Shown: positions 1-9,982 of the stretch, piece after piece
Layout: each line of letters begins with the position of its first letter
Numbering within the stretch: the first letter of the stretch is position 1
Assembly (NCBI GenBank): GCA_047622345.1
Contig: JBLHOA010000001.1
Location: forward strand, 1-55,972
From: Gammaproteobacteria bacterium
GTDB lineage: Bacteria; Pseudomonadota; Gammaproteobacteria; GCA-001735895
Reading direction: 5' to 3'
DNA: 55,972 bases
Program-made: the position numbers and the translations under genes
The notes under the pieces: generated by a model
The model's input: the letters and a program-made list of their open reading frames with translations, nothing else
The model's database searches: none
Told to the model about the DNA's origin: nothing

Positions 1-418
1 GCAATCGATGATCCTCGATTCTGATATCGAACTCTGGCGGGACCAACTGGTCTGGGTGAAAAGCCGGGACTGCGATTATGCGCTAACCCAATCGGTTCCG
101 CTGGTCACTTTTTCTCCCAAATGTACCTACCGAGCCGCCGCCATCGAATGTCTCGAAGCGCACGGAATTGATTATTATGTGTCGATGCAAAGTCCAAGTC
201 TGGCCGGAGTGCGCGGCATCGTGTCTTCGGGAATGGGGGTAACCCTGATCAATCGGGGTTTGATGACTGCCGACCAGTGTGAGTGGCCCGAGGCGAAAAT
301 ATTCGGCCCATCGCGCGAGGTTAAATTTATCGTCCGGGCAACGAGTATGATTCCTTCGGGGCTTTACGATTTAGTCGTATCGGAACTGGGGTCTTTTCTA
401 CCCGGCAAGTCCTCTTAG
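1..418 (+). CDS. LysR-family transcriptional regulator, C-terminal effector-binding part (5' end off-window)
   Basis: The frame is open to the window edge. The 136 aa resemble a LysR substrate-binding domain (SPSLAGVRGIVSSGMGVTLI). No HTH is present, so the N-terminus lies upstream. Confidence 0.6.
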   Translation, partial: QSMILDSDIELWRDQLVWVKSRDCDYALTQSVPLVTFSPKCTYRAAAIECLEAHGIDYYVSMQSPSLAGVRGIVSSGMGVTLINRGLMTADQCEWPEAKIFGPSREVKFIVRATSMIPSGLYDLVVSELGSFLPGKSS

Positions 419-524
419 GCACCCACGCCAGCAGTCGGTCCGGCTGATTCGATGCTGATCAGCGCTGATTAACCCGGCGTAAATCAAAGGTAATGAATAT
501 AATAATCGCGCAATGCTTCGGCGC

Positions 525-935
525 TTAAGTCCGCGATTTTTCGACTTCGTATTGTTTAATCGCGACTAGATTGCCGACCAGATCTTCCCCGACCTGCGCA
601 ACCAGTGCTTTGTCGGCGATCAGCGCCTCGAGCGCGTCGCTTAAGTTATCGGGTACGCCGTCTTCGGCGGGTGCCAGTTCGTACTCATTATTTTCCGACT
701 AAGGAAATGCTGATTCGGTCGACCTTAGCAGTACACCGATGCGCAGTACATTCAGGCTACCGAAGAAATTTCCACCCACTCTGATGATCCGAAAGAACAT
801 CTGGAGTCCTATATTTGCTTCCCCATCGATGACGACAAAAACCGGCAGACTGCCGGATTCTTTTATCAGCTTTGGGCGCGCGCGCATGTCGATGCCGAAA
901 CCAACGAAACTATGACCCGCATGTATCCCAGCCAT
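525..935 (-). pseudogene. Glutamine-synthetase-family (GlnA/PuuA-like) C-terminal remnant interrupted by an in-frame TAG
   Basis: The minus-strand 78-aa ORF (699..935) ends at TAG. The same frame then continues for 57 codons: SENNEYELAPAEDGVPDNLSDALEALIADKALVAQVGEDLVGNLVAIKQYEVEKSRT*. This matches the conserved GS C-terminal tail pattern (LP.sL.eAL..L..D..L...LG..l......K..E). The catalytic N-terminal and central parts are absent. Confidence 0.35.
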
Positions 936-1136
936 ACGCGTAATATCGAAACCTTGATAGAAGCGGTCACACCGAAGATGGACAAGTTATTGAACAAGCA
1001 GCGCGCGGTTATGATTGCCGCAATGTTCGAAGGAATGATGTTGTTTGTCGGCTACGGAAAACCCCGTCCTCCCGGGGTTGGCGATATCGAAGAAGAAGTC
1101 GTTGCCGCCTGTCTGAATCTGGCCGGGTGCGATTAG
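912..1136 (+). pseudogene. Possible TetR-family C-terminal fragment (no HTH)
   Basis: The 74-aa ORF has a helical TetR_C-like stretch (RAVMIAAMFEGMMLFVGYG). It is far too short for a complete regulator and sits in a zone of gene remnants. Confidence 0.2.
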
Positions 1137-1146
1137 CGAACGCTAG

Positions 1147-2751
1147 CTACCAGCGCCCGATAATAATCCCCCATTCTTCATCGCGTTTCGAGCCCTGGCC
1201 GGCCATATAGTTGTAGGGCAGGCCGCTGCGACGCTTCAGATTTTGCTGCCAGTCGAATAGATAGTCCTTCATCTGCGCGCGCTGATCAGCGTATCGCGCA
1301 TCCTGGCCCAGATCGATAAACTCGTCGGGGTCATTTTTCAGATCAAACAACTGCGCGGCAAATTTATGGTGATGGATGTACTTCCAGTGCTGGTTACAAA
1401 CCATGGTGGCGCGGCACTGGTAGGGGTCGAGCCCGAGCAGCGCGCGTGGTCCACGATCGGCGTAGTCGATTTCACTGACTGCAAATTCACGCTTGAATTG
1501 ATCACCGTCACCTCGCAACAACGGCATCAGTGTCTGTCCTTCAACGCGTTCCCGGCAGGGCACTCCGCCGGCAAAATCGACGAAGCTCGGTAGTATGTCC
1601 ACCGCTTCCACGAGGGCGTCGCAATCCTGTCCGCGAGTGGCGTCGGCATTTGTGCGCGGATCGACGATGATCATTGGTACCTTGGCCGAGACATCGTGAA
1701 ACAGATCTTTCTCGCCTAGCCAGTGATCACCGAGGTAATCGCCGTGATCGGCGGTTAATACGATCATCGTATTTTTATCCAGCCCCTTTGCTTCGATAAA
1801 CTCAAATAACTTGCCGAGGTGATCATCGATCTGTTTTACCAGCCCCATATAAGCTGGAATGACAATGTCTCTAACATCGTCGCTCGAATAAGACTCGCTG
1901 TATTCCTGTTGCATGAAGGCCTGGTAGACAGGGTGTGGGTTGTTGCGCTCGGCTGGGTTTCGAACCACGTCTTGCACATCTTTTTTAGTATATAAATCAT
2001 GATAGGGCGCCGGGGCAATCACCGGCCAGTGCGGTTTGATGTAACTCAGGTGCAGGCACCAGGGCTGCTCGCCGGCCTCGGTAATGAAGTCTATGGCGCG
2101 CCGCGTGGTAAACGCAGTTTCCGAATACGCTTCGTCGATCGCGGCCGGGTATTTTGAACTGCGCAGTGACCAGCCGGAATGTCGATCGCCGTTTTCGTCG
2201 ATCCCGCTGTTGGCATTTTTCTCCCAGGGGTTGCCGGCATCATAACCCAGCGACTTATCCAGCGACTTCAGGTATTGATCGTAGCCCTGGTTCGGGCTGA
2301 CCTTGAGTACCGGGTCGGGGAGCAGGCCCTCGTGCGATTCATAGGGTTCGAAACCGCCGGTCTGTGAGGCGCGGCAAAAATCTGAATCGACATCCAGGCC
2401 GAGTGCTTTCATTTCCTTCAGGTTTTTGCGGCTGTGCGTTTTACCGACAACGGCCGATCGATAACCCAGCGGTTGTAAATAATCGGCGATCATTTTTTCA
2501 TCCAGGTGCAGCGCGTCGTCATTACCCATCACCCCGTGGCTCGAAGGATAACGCCCGCTGTAATAGCTGGCGCGCGAAGGTGCGCAGATCGGCGCGGAAC
2601 AATAGGCATGGGTAAAACGAAGGCCTTTGCTGGCGAGCTTGTCGATGTTGGGCGTGTGCAGGCTTTGATGGCCGTAGCAGGACAGGTAATCGAAGCGCAG
2701 TTGGTCGCACATAATGAAAAGTATGTTGCCAGGCTGTGGGCTTTTACTCAT
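1147..2751 (-). CDS. Sulfatase (formylglycine-dependent arylsulfatase/choline-sulfatase family)
   Basis: 534 aa. The N-terminus reads NILFIMCDQLR, followed by the formylglycine signature C-A-P-S-R (SAPICAPSRASYYSGRYPSSHG). The downstream metal-site motif is LTADHGDYLGDH. Confidence 0.9.
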   Translation of the reverse strand: MSKSPQPGNILFIMCDQLRFDYLSCYGHQSLHTPNIDKLASKGLRFTHAYCSAPICAPSRASYYSGRYPSSHGVMGNDDALHLDEKMIADYLQPLGYRSAVVGKTHSRKNLKEMKALGLDVDSDFCRASQTGGFEPYESHEGLLPDPVLKVSPNQGYDQYLKSLDKSLGYDAGNPWEKNANSGIDENGDRHSGWSLRSSKYPAAIDEAYSETAFTTRRAIDFITEAGEQPWCLHLSYIKPHWPVIAPAPYHDLYTKKDVQDVVRNPAERNNPHPVYQAFMQQEYSESYSSDDVRDIVIPAYMGLVKQIDDHLGKLFEFIEAKGLDKNTMIVLTADHGDYLGDHWLGEKDLFHDVSAKVPMIIVDPRTNADATRGQDCDALVEAVDILPSFVDFAGGVPCRERVEGQTLMPLLRGDGDQFKREFAVSEIDYADRGPRALLGLDPYQCRATMVCNQHWKYIHHHKFAAQLFDLKNDPDEFIDLGQDARYADQRAQMKDYLFDWQQNLKRRSGLPYNYMAGQGSKRDEEWGIIIGRW

Positions 2752-2839
2752 GAATTGGGCTACCTGAATTTAGAATAATCGGTTACCTATTTATGGTTGA
2801 TAATTCAATATGTTTTTTGAAGGCTGACAGCGGTTAAAG

Positions 2840-4012
2840 CTAATCAACGACATGAACCCCGCGTTCAAACCGGGTCAGGCATTCGACACTGTTACGGGTG
2901 ACCGCGACGGTTTCGCTGATTTCCATGCCCCAGTCGTCGAGCCACATGCCGAGCATGACATGCAATACCATGTTTTCTTCGAGTACCGTTTGTTCATCAG
3001 CACGCAGGCTTACCGTGTGCTCGCCCCAGTCGGGCGAATAACCAACCCCGATGCTGTAGCCGATGCGGCTTTCTTTGACCAGCCCGTATTTATCAAGCAC
3101 GGTTTGCCAGGCGCGGTGCACGTCACCCGCGAGAGCGCCGGGTTTGATCGTTTCGAGCACGGCCTCGAGTCCTTCAATCACCGCATCGGCGGTATCAAAC
3201 ACGGTTTGCGGACCCTTGCCCAGCTGTACCGTGCGCGCCAGCGCCGCATTGTAGCGCTTGCGCGTGCCACCCAATTCGAGTGCGACTGTTTGGCCGTCGG
3301 CAAATTTTTCATCGGTCCACATCGGGTGGGCGGTGGTCGCGGCCTCACCAGCCAGAATCAATGGCGATAACGCGGTCAGGTCGCCGCCGAATTGTTCGTT
3401 ACCGCCAATCTGCGCTGCGAGAATTTTTGCCATCAAATCGCACTGGCGCACCCCCGGGGCAATATTTTCATAAGCCACGGTCATCGCACCTTCGACCAGC
3501 CGCGCGGCCTGGCGCAGGGTTTCGATTTCGGCGTTGCTCTTGATTACCCGACACCAGTTCACCAGCAAATCGGCATCCACCCAGTCGGCATCGCTGACGC
3601 CAGCTTGCAAACAGGCAAACGACTTGGGCGAGAAGAAATATGTATCGCTTTCGTAACCGATGCGTTTTCCCTGCAGTGACAGATCGCACATAAATCCTGC
3701 TACAACGTCCATTGGGTGCACGCCGACACGTTGGACATAGTCTTCTTCGTAGGGCTTAATCGAATCCGCGCCAAGATAGGTGGTCAGGGTGACCGCACCC
3801 GCGTCCATTTTTCGCCCCATCCAGATCGGGTCGCGATCATGCAGCACCAGCATTACCTGTGGCACATAGAAAGACCAGGCGTCGAAGCCGCTTAGCCAGT
3901 TCATGTTGGCCGGGTCGCCGATCAACATGGCATCGAGGTTTCGTTCGGCCATGCTGGAGCGCAGCCTGGTTAAACGGGATTGGTATTCGGCTTTGCTAAA
4001 GGCTGCGGGCAT
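2840..4012 (-). CDS. M24-family hydrolase, creatinase / ectoine-hydrolase (DoeA)-like
   Basis: 390 aa. A creatinase-type N-domain (DPANMNWLSGFDAWSFYVPQ) is followed by a pita-bread C-domain. Length and layout match DoeA/creatinase/Xaa-Pro peptidase relatives. Confidence 0.75.
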   Translation of the reverse strand: MPAAFSKAEYQSRLTRLRSSMAERNLDAMLIGDPANMNWLSGFDAWSFYVPQVMLVLHDRDPIWMGRKMDAGAVTLTTYLGADSIKPYEEDYVQRVGVHPMDVVAGFMCDLSLQGKRIGYESDTYFFSPKSFACLQAGVSDADWVDADLLVNWCRVIKSNAEIETLRQAARLVEGAMTVAYENIAPGVRQCDLMAKILAAQIGGNEQFGGDLTALSPLILAGEAATTAHPMWTDEKFADGQTVALELGGTRKRYNAALARTVQLGKGPQTVFDTADAVIEGLEAVLETIKPGALAGDVHRAWQTVLDKYGLVKESRIGYSIGVGYSPDWGEHTVSLRADEQTVLEENMVLHVMLGMWLDDWGMEISETVAVTRNSVECLTRFERGVHVVD

Positions 4013-4076
4013 TTCAAATCACTCTTGTTTATGGCGGCGAACAGCTGGCTCACTTAAGCGTCGATGATCCAGTTGT

Positions 4077-4910
4077 TCAAGTCTTGTCAAGCGCTTCGAG
4101 GAACTTGTCTTTTTCATTCGGGTGCATCGATATATTGGTTGCCGCGTAGGGAAAATTCATCGCTGTTACTTCGCTTTTAAATTCGCTCAATGCGGCCACC
4201 CGTTCTTCGTCTATCTGCTTGTGCAGGCGTGCCAGATTGCCGAAGGCATGCGCGTGCTTCGGGGGTTTTTCTTCTTCGCTGTCTTCGCCGCAGATATCGG
4301 CGATAAACGACATAATGACATCGCCAGCCTTACCCGAACCCAGCGAGTAGGTGACAATCGATGTCTTTTCGTTGATTGCTTCCAGCACTTCTTCGGCAAT
4401 GCATTCGGCTTCGACCGAAAAAACACCGACGTCTTCCATCCGTTTCAGCGTGTGGAAAATTTCCATCGCTTCGTCCGCATCACGACCCCAGCCGCGCAGG
4501 CCCCCGCACCAGTGGCTGAAGGTTGGAATTAATCCGATGTGGCTTTGTACTGGAATGCCTTCCTTGGCGAGCATTTCCATGACGTCGTAAGAGCGCAAGG
4601 TGTAATACGAATCCGCACCCTTGCGCATCATTTCGAAGGCGTGACCCATGATTTCGTCGGCAGTGCCGAACTGCGACCAGGCGCTGCCCAGACCGATAAA
4701 GTGATGCGGTGCGACCCTGCGTACTTCTTCGACCTGGCTATCCCAGGCGGTGAGCAGGTCGATACCCGCGTCGACGCAGGCTTTGGCTTCGATGGCGTCT
4801 TTCGGGTTGCACATGGTGAGCTTTTTACCCGACCCTTTTAATGCCTGCAGATCGGATACGGTGTAGTTGCGCGCCGACGGGCTGCGACTGAAGTCGTAAA
4901 TGCGTTTCAT
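4077..4910 (-). CDS. Divergent PanB-family (3-methyl-2-oxobutanoate hydroxymethyltransferase-like) protein
   Basis: 277 aa, colinear with E. coli PanB. [26 protein letters not shown] aligns with [35 protein letters not shown]...LGSGKAGDV aligns with LVLECVPVEL...IGAGNVTDG. The N-terminal half is divergent. Confidence 0.6.
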   Translation of the reverse strand: [277 protein letters not shown]

Positions 4911-5193
4911 ATACTTTTCCTCGTTTATATTCAGCCATCCGGGGCAGACAATTATTTTTCGATAGTATCCTTTTAGATAGCAGTCATGGAAGGGCCAATC
5001 GATGGAAGTCAGTCGGGGGGAACTCCAATGATAGTTAAACTGGAGGCCTTATGCGCACCGGTGCTTAACCTGGCGGTGTTACTTAGAATAGCTTGCCGCC
5101 TAAATTACAGTCGGCCTCGACTTTATACCTGCTCTGTTGCAACAGGGGTTGGCCGAAGTTTTTAATATCTGAAGAATAACCTTTGCCTCTGGA

Positions 5194-5652
5194 TCATCTA
5201 ACAATCAGGCAGCTGGTTTCCGCATTATTGGTTACCTTGCGCGAGACACTCCCTAGAATTGATCCTTTCAATTTGCCAAGGCCCCGGGTGCCGAGCACGA
5301 TCATGTCCATTTTGCGGCGTTTGGCAAAACCGAGGATGCTGGTCGCCGGATCACCGGTGCCAATGGCAGTCTGAACTTTTCCCACGCCAGCTTTTTTAGC
5401 TATTTGGCTGGCACTTCGTAATACAGACTGGGCGATTTTGCGCATAATTTCCTCACGGGCATCGCTAAACGATGCAAACTGGTTGTGTTCCAGTTCAGGA
5501 ATTTCCTTGATTTCAAAGGGAATCTGCATGTCCCGGATGACATGAACGATGAGCAATTCAGCGTCGTGAAGCTTGGCGAATTCGGCGGCTATTTTCAAGG
5601 CACGGTTTGAAGCCGCCGAGGCGTCGGTTGCAACCAGAATACTATTGATCAT
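5194..5652 (-). CDS. Universal stress protein (UspA family)
   Basis: 152 aa. ILVATDASAASNRAL...LLIVHV at the start and a C-terminal GTRGLGKLKGSILGSVS ATP-binding motif. Confidence 0.9.
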   Translation of the reverse strand: MINSILVATDASAASNRALKIAAEFAKLHDAELLIVHVIRDMQIPFEIKEIPELEHNQFASFSDAREEIMRKIAQSVLRSASQIAKKAGVGKVQTAIGTGDPATSILGFAKRRKMDMIVLGTRGLGKLKGSILGSVSRKVTNNAETSCLIVR

Positions 5653-5904
5653 AAGGTTCAGGCTCCTTTGCGAACGAGATAAAAGGTATTTAAACGTAAT
5701 AGTGCAGGAGCTAGCAAGTTAAAAGCGCCATCTCTGTCAGCCTGTGCGACAAACAGCGGTGTTTGTTGAGCGAAAAGAATGTTGTCCCGACGAATCGCAT
5801 AAATCCTGTATCGAATATACCGAAACTGCATCGGGTTGGCAGACGGGCGATTCAGGCATAAACGACTATTATTGTTAAACGTTATGGCAATCCTGTTTTC
5901 GCCG

Positions 5905-6993
5905 TTATGGCCAGACAAAGGTTGGCAAAAAGGATGGCGGGGCCAGCGAATCTGTAATCTTGAATGCCTGCCAGTTGTCCTGGTCGATCATCAGAATTTG
6001 TGGGCCGATGTGTTTGATCAATTCCCGACCTTCGAGGAGTCGCACCGCCTGGTCGATCGAAATTCGACCCTGCATCACAGGGGCGTCGGTGGGGGCCGCC
6101 AGAATACGCCCGCGCCGGATGCCGCGATAAACCGCCGGCGTAAAATAAGTCGAAACCACTTTGATCTGTTTATCGAGCCCACGATTGCGCAGGGTGCTGA
6201 TTGCGGCCTCGGCCATTAACGCGTTACCAACGATGTAGTCAACCTGCGGGTGACTTTCCAACACTTCCTGCACCAGAGTACGTTGAATTTCCTTTCCGGT
6301 ATCCCCCCATTTGGTGACGACTATCTCCACCGCACTGTCCTTTAAACCCTGCTTGAAACCAGCCTCGATAAAGTCGACCCAACCCGCGCCCTGCGGTCCG
6401 GGAAACCAGGCAACGGTAACCGCATCGCTCCCGCGCGGATGTTTTTGGGCGAGGTATTCTCCGGCCACTCGACCCATCTTGGTCCAGGAGACCCCTGACT
6501 TGGCCGAGATTCCGATGTCGTCGATATCATTCACCGTTGCCAGTACCGGCATGCGCTTTGCAATGCTGACAATGCTGGGTTCGAGCCCACGAAACGAGAC
6601 CGGGCCGACGATTAGTGCATCGGTGCTGTCATCGGCACATTGTTCGATTTGTTGTCGCTGGCGCTCAAGATTCGGATATCCACCGGCTTCGACCAGGGTA
6701 AAAGCAATGCCGAGTCGCTGTGCTTCCTGCACCATGCCGTAGTTAACGTTTAGCCAGTAAGCATCTTTTAAATGGGGATAGGCGATACACAGGTTCCAGA
6801 CCTTACTCGCCGGGGTGGTCGGTTGATAGTCGATCAAGCGACTCTCGCTCGAATAGTCGTAGGGCGTCGACCAGGTTTCCAGTCGCCAGGTTTCTGCCTG
6901 TGCTGAAATCAGCGAGAATGCTGCGACTAAGCCGATAGCGGCCCGGGAATAAAGCCTGTTATTCAATACCTTGATGTGATGAATCTGAACCAT
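5905..6993 (-). CDS. torT: Periplasmic TMAO-binding sensor partner TorT
   Basis: 362 aa with a signal peptide. The block WNLCIAYPHLKDAYWLNVNYGMVQEAQRLGIAFTLVEAGGY is near-colinear with E. coli TorT WKLCALYPSLKDSYWLSLNYGMQEAARRYGVDLKVLEAGGY. The gene is divergent from torS with a 49-bp gap. Confidence 0.88.
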   Translation of the reverse strand: MVQIHHIKVLNNRLYSRAAIGLVAAFSLISAQAETWRLETWSTPYDYSSESRLIDYQPTTPASKVWNLCIAYPHLKDAYWLNVNYGMVQEAQRLGIAFTLVEAGGYPNLERQRQQIEQCADDSTDALIVGPVSFRGLEPSIVSIAKRMPVLATVNDIDDIGISAKSGVSWTKMGRVAGEYLAQKHPRGSDAVTVAWFPGPQGAGWVDFIEAGFKQGLKDSAVEIVVTKWGDTGKEIQRTLVQEVLESHPQVDYIVGNALMAEAAISTLRNRGLDKQIKVVSTYFTPAVYRGIRRGRILAAPTDAPVMQGRISIDQAVRLLEGRELIKHIGPQILMIDQDNWQAFKITDSLAPPSFLPTFVWP

Positions 6994-7042
6994 CAGGCAT
7001 TGTACCCTTGCATTTTATGACTGCAAGGCGCAGCATTTTGCC

Positions 7043-9976
7043 ATGCGTAAACTCGGCATCGCGGCAAAATTATATTTGGCTTTCGGCAGCATTTTTTTGC
7101 TCGCCGTGGTCGCGTCGTCGATTGGCTGGAAAGGCTTTCAGCGGGTCACCGAATCGCAAAACCTGGTCATCGACAAGGCCATCCCCGGATTGCGCCAGGC
7201 GCATAAGCTGTCTGCGTTGAATGCGTCCATTGGCGATGCCTCGCAGCAGCTATTGCGCGCAAACAATGAACTGGAACGCGGGCGTATCAGCTCCGCGTTG
7301 TTTTCTGAAGTCAGTCTGCTGAATGCCTTACTCGTCGACTTTCAACAAAAAGGCTTCTCGCTGGGGTCATTGCAACCCTTAAGCGAAACCGTCGCGATCA
7401 TTGAAAACAAGTTGCATCGACAGGATGAGCTGGTACGTCGACGAATTCAGCAACAAACCAATTTCACCCAACTCGCCGCGAGGTTGATCGCGACTACCGA
7501 AGAACTCAATAACCTGGCCGATTCGCTGGTTGCCAATGCGGCGGCAACGACCACCGCAATTACTTCAAATCTGTACGACCTGGTCGAGGACGACGCCGAC
7601 AAGCAACAGCTTTACAGCGTTTTTGACCGACTGGTCGAAGTCGATCTCGATGCGATGGAGCGCATGTATGAACTGCGTCTGCGTAGTGCCAATTTGAACG
7701 GACTGTTTAATCAGGTGGCGAAGGAATCCGAACTGGAGGAGCTGGATATCCTGCGTAGGCTTACGGTAGAAACCATTTCGATTCTGAAGCGTCGTGTCAG
7801 TGAAATTAACGATCCGCAGCGACGCGCGAAGGCGAGCGAACTGCTGGCTGCAATGGAAGTTAATTCCGGCCCTTTGTATGTATATGGAATTTTTGAGACC
7901 CGAATTTCATTGTTGGAGATCGAAGAATCTTTAATTCAGTTATCGCTGGAATCGGCCGAAGCGTCACAAACCTTGAATGGTGTCGTCAACGATTTAAACG
8001 CCACCGGCGGCACCTTGATCAATCAGGTTTCGACCACTGCGAAAGAGTCGCTCGACAATAGCCGCCAGTTATTTAGTGGAATCTCGATCCTGTTTATACT
8101 AGTAGCCGCCGCTATCCTGTGGTGGTTTATCAAACGTAATGTGGTGCGACGACTGTTGTCCTTACAATCGGCAACCAATTCAATTACCCGGGGCGATTAC
8201 GAAGTCGATATCGTTGTTGAAGGGCACGACGAACTCACCGAAATGGGCAAGGCGTTACAGGGTTTTCGCAATAACGCAATACGTAACCGCAAGCTCGATG
8301 AAGAATTACGCCAACATAAGACGCACCTCGAAGATCTGGTTGAAGAACGTTCCGAACAATTGCGCGAAACCAATCAAATGTTATCGGTAGAGGTGCAAAA
8401 CCACGCGCTTGCGCGAGTCAAGGCCGAGCAGGCGAGCGAGGCGAAAACTGCCTTCCTCGCCACCATGAGCCACGAATTACGCACCCCCTTAAGCGGCGCC
8501 CTGGGCACCCTGCGATTGCTTTCGGAAACCTCGTTGCAGTCGCAGCAACTGGATTATGTTCATATCATTAATGCCGCGAATGCGAGTCTGCTTGATATCG
8601 TGAATGATATTCTGGGTTACTCGCAGCTCGAAGCGGGCAAGCTGAATATCGAAAATCGGCCCTTCGACCTGGGGGTGCTGTTAAATAATGTGATCGGTTT
8701 GATGATGGTTACGGTACGCGATAAAAATAATCAGTTGCAACTGGAGGTGGGAAACAGGCAATCACAGTGGCTGAGGGGGGACTCGGGCAAACTTCATCAA
8801 ATACTGATCAATTTAATCGGTAACGCCAACAAGTTCACCGATGACGGAGTGATAACCCTGCTCGTCGATACTAAACCCGGCGCCGATGCGAATAAACTAA
8901 AGGTGCAATTTTCGGTGGTCGATACCGGCATCGGTATCCCACAGGACAGGCAGCAGGAAATTTTCCAGGCCTTCACCCAGGTCGACGCCAGCAGTGCGCG
9001 ACTTTATGGCGGCATTGGGCTTGGATTAGCCATCTGCGATCGCCTGGTCAACGCAATGGGCGGCAAAATCTGGTTGCAAAGCGAACTCGCCAAGGGCACC
9101 AGTATAGGCTTTGATGTTGATATCGAAATATCCCAGCCAGCTGCAGTGCTGCCGCCGGTTCGGCTACCCATAGTGGCTCTGGCCGATGGTGTCAGGGTGT
9201 TGATGGTCGAAGACGACATTACCAATAGTATGGTAACGAGCCACTACCTGCAGATGCTCGGGCATCAGGTGATTGCCGCCGCCAGTGGCGAAGAAGCGCT
9301 GGCTTTGCTGGACGAAGAAAATCTATCGATGGTGTTACTCGACATCAGCCTGCCGGGAATCGACGGCCTGACGATTTTAAAACACATCCGCGCGCATACC
9401 GATACCGCGATTGCCACTTTGCCGGTGATTGCAATGTCGGCGCATGTGTTTACGGAAGAAGTGGATCAATACCTCGCCGCCGGGATGAATGGATTCCTCG
9501 GCAAACCGTTTTCAATGGAAGAATTGCAGCTGGTAATGGCAAGGGCGTTGAGCGGTGAAGTCGTGTTCGCGCCTGGTGACCCGAGGCAGTCCGGGCTCAG
9601 CGCCAGTGTTTTCGACAACTCGGTGGTCGACGGTGATATCAGCCAACTGGGGCTGGAAAACGTCGAACAATTGGCCGCACTATTTGTTGCATCGGTGGCT
9701 GGTCTGAAAGTCGATCTGGAAGCGGCTATGCGCAGCAGCGATTTCATCCTGGTGGAAAAGAAGGCGCATCAGATGAACGGTGCCGCCGGCAATTTCGGTC
9801 TGCAACGTTTATGTGCGTTGCTCGGCGGGATCGAAACGCTGGCGATTTCAGGCGATACAATAAGCGATACCCTGGCGCAACAATTCGAGCGCGAATTCGA
9901 AGCCGCGCTCGCTGCCCTGAGAGCATATCTACTTGAACAGAAGAAACTGGCCAGCAAGATGTCGGTTTCCGGATAA
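7043..9976 (+). CDS. torS: Hybrid sensor histidine kinase TorS-type (periplasmic sensor-HAMP-HisKA-HATPase-REC-HPt)
   Basis: 977 aa. Two TM segments flank a helical periplasmic domain of about 300 aa. H-box MSHELRTPL, G-boxes DTGIGI and GGIGLGLAI, receiver VLMVEDD...LLDISLPGIDG, C-terminal HPt (KKAHQMNGAAGNFG). Confidence 0.88.
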   Translation: MRKLGIAAKLYLAFGSIFLLAVVASSIGWKGFQRVTESQNLVIDKAIPGLRQAHKLSALNASIGDASQQLLRANNELERGRISSALFSEVSLLNALLVDFQQKGFSLGSLQPLSETVAIIENKLHRQDELVRRRIQQQTNFTQLAARLIATTEELNNLADSLVANAAATTTAITSNLYDLVEDDADKQQLYSVFDRLVEVDLDAMERMYELRLRSANLNGLFNQVAKESELEELDILRRLTVETISILKRRVSEINDPQRRAKASELLAAMEVNSGPLYVYGIFETRISLLEIEESLIQLSLESAEASQTLNGVVNDLNATGGTLINQVSTTAKESLDNSRQLFSGISILFILVAAAILWWFIKRNVVRRLLSLQSATNSITRGDYEVDIVVEGHDELTEMGKALQGFRNNAIRNRKLDEELRQHKTHLEDLVEERSEQLRETNQMLSVEVQNHALARVKAEQASEAKTAFLATMSHELRTPLSGALGTLRLLSETSLQSQQLDYVHIINAANASLLDIVNDILGYSQLEAGKLNIENRPFDLGVLLNNVIGLMMVTVRDKNNQLQLEVGNRQSQWLRGDSGKLHQILINLIGNANKFTDDGVITLLVDTKPGADANKLKVQFSVVDTGIGIPQDRQQEIFQAFTQVDASSARLYGGIGLGLAICDRLVNAMGGKIWLQSELAKGTSIGFDVDIEISQPAAVLPPVRLPIVALADGVRVLMVEDDITNSMVTSHYLQMLGHQVIAAASGEEALALLDEENLSMVLLDISLPGIDGLTILKHIRAHTDTAIATLPVIAMSAHVFTEEVDQYLAAGMNGFLGKPFSMEELQLVMARALSGEVVFAPGDPRQSGLSASVFDNSVVDGDISQLGLENVEQLAALFVASVAGLKVDLEAAMRSSDFILVEKKAHQMNGAAGNFGLQRLCALLGGIETLAISGDTISDTLAQQFEREFEAALAALRAYLLEQKKLASKMSVSG

Positions 9977-9982
9977 GCCGCT

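Noticed and set aside
5658-5918. 86-aa ORF in the uspA/torT intergenic region, and the 71/61-aa ORFs inside the two repeat elements (16399..16614, 30507..30692).
   Set aside because: They have no SD and no recognisable motifs. For the repeat-element ORFs, the two copies do not preserve a common reading frame (stop and frameshift differences), so the nucleotide-level conservation is not explained by coding.
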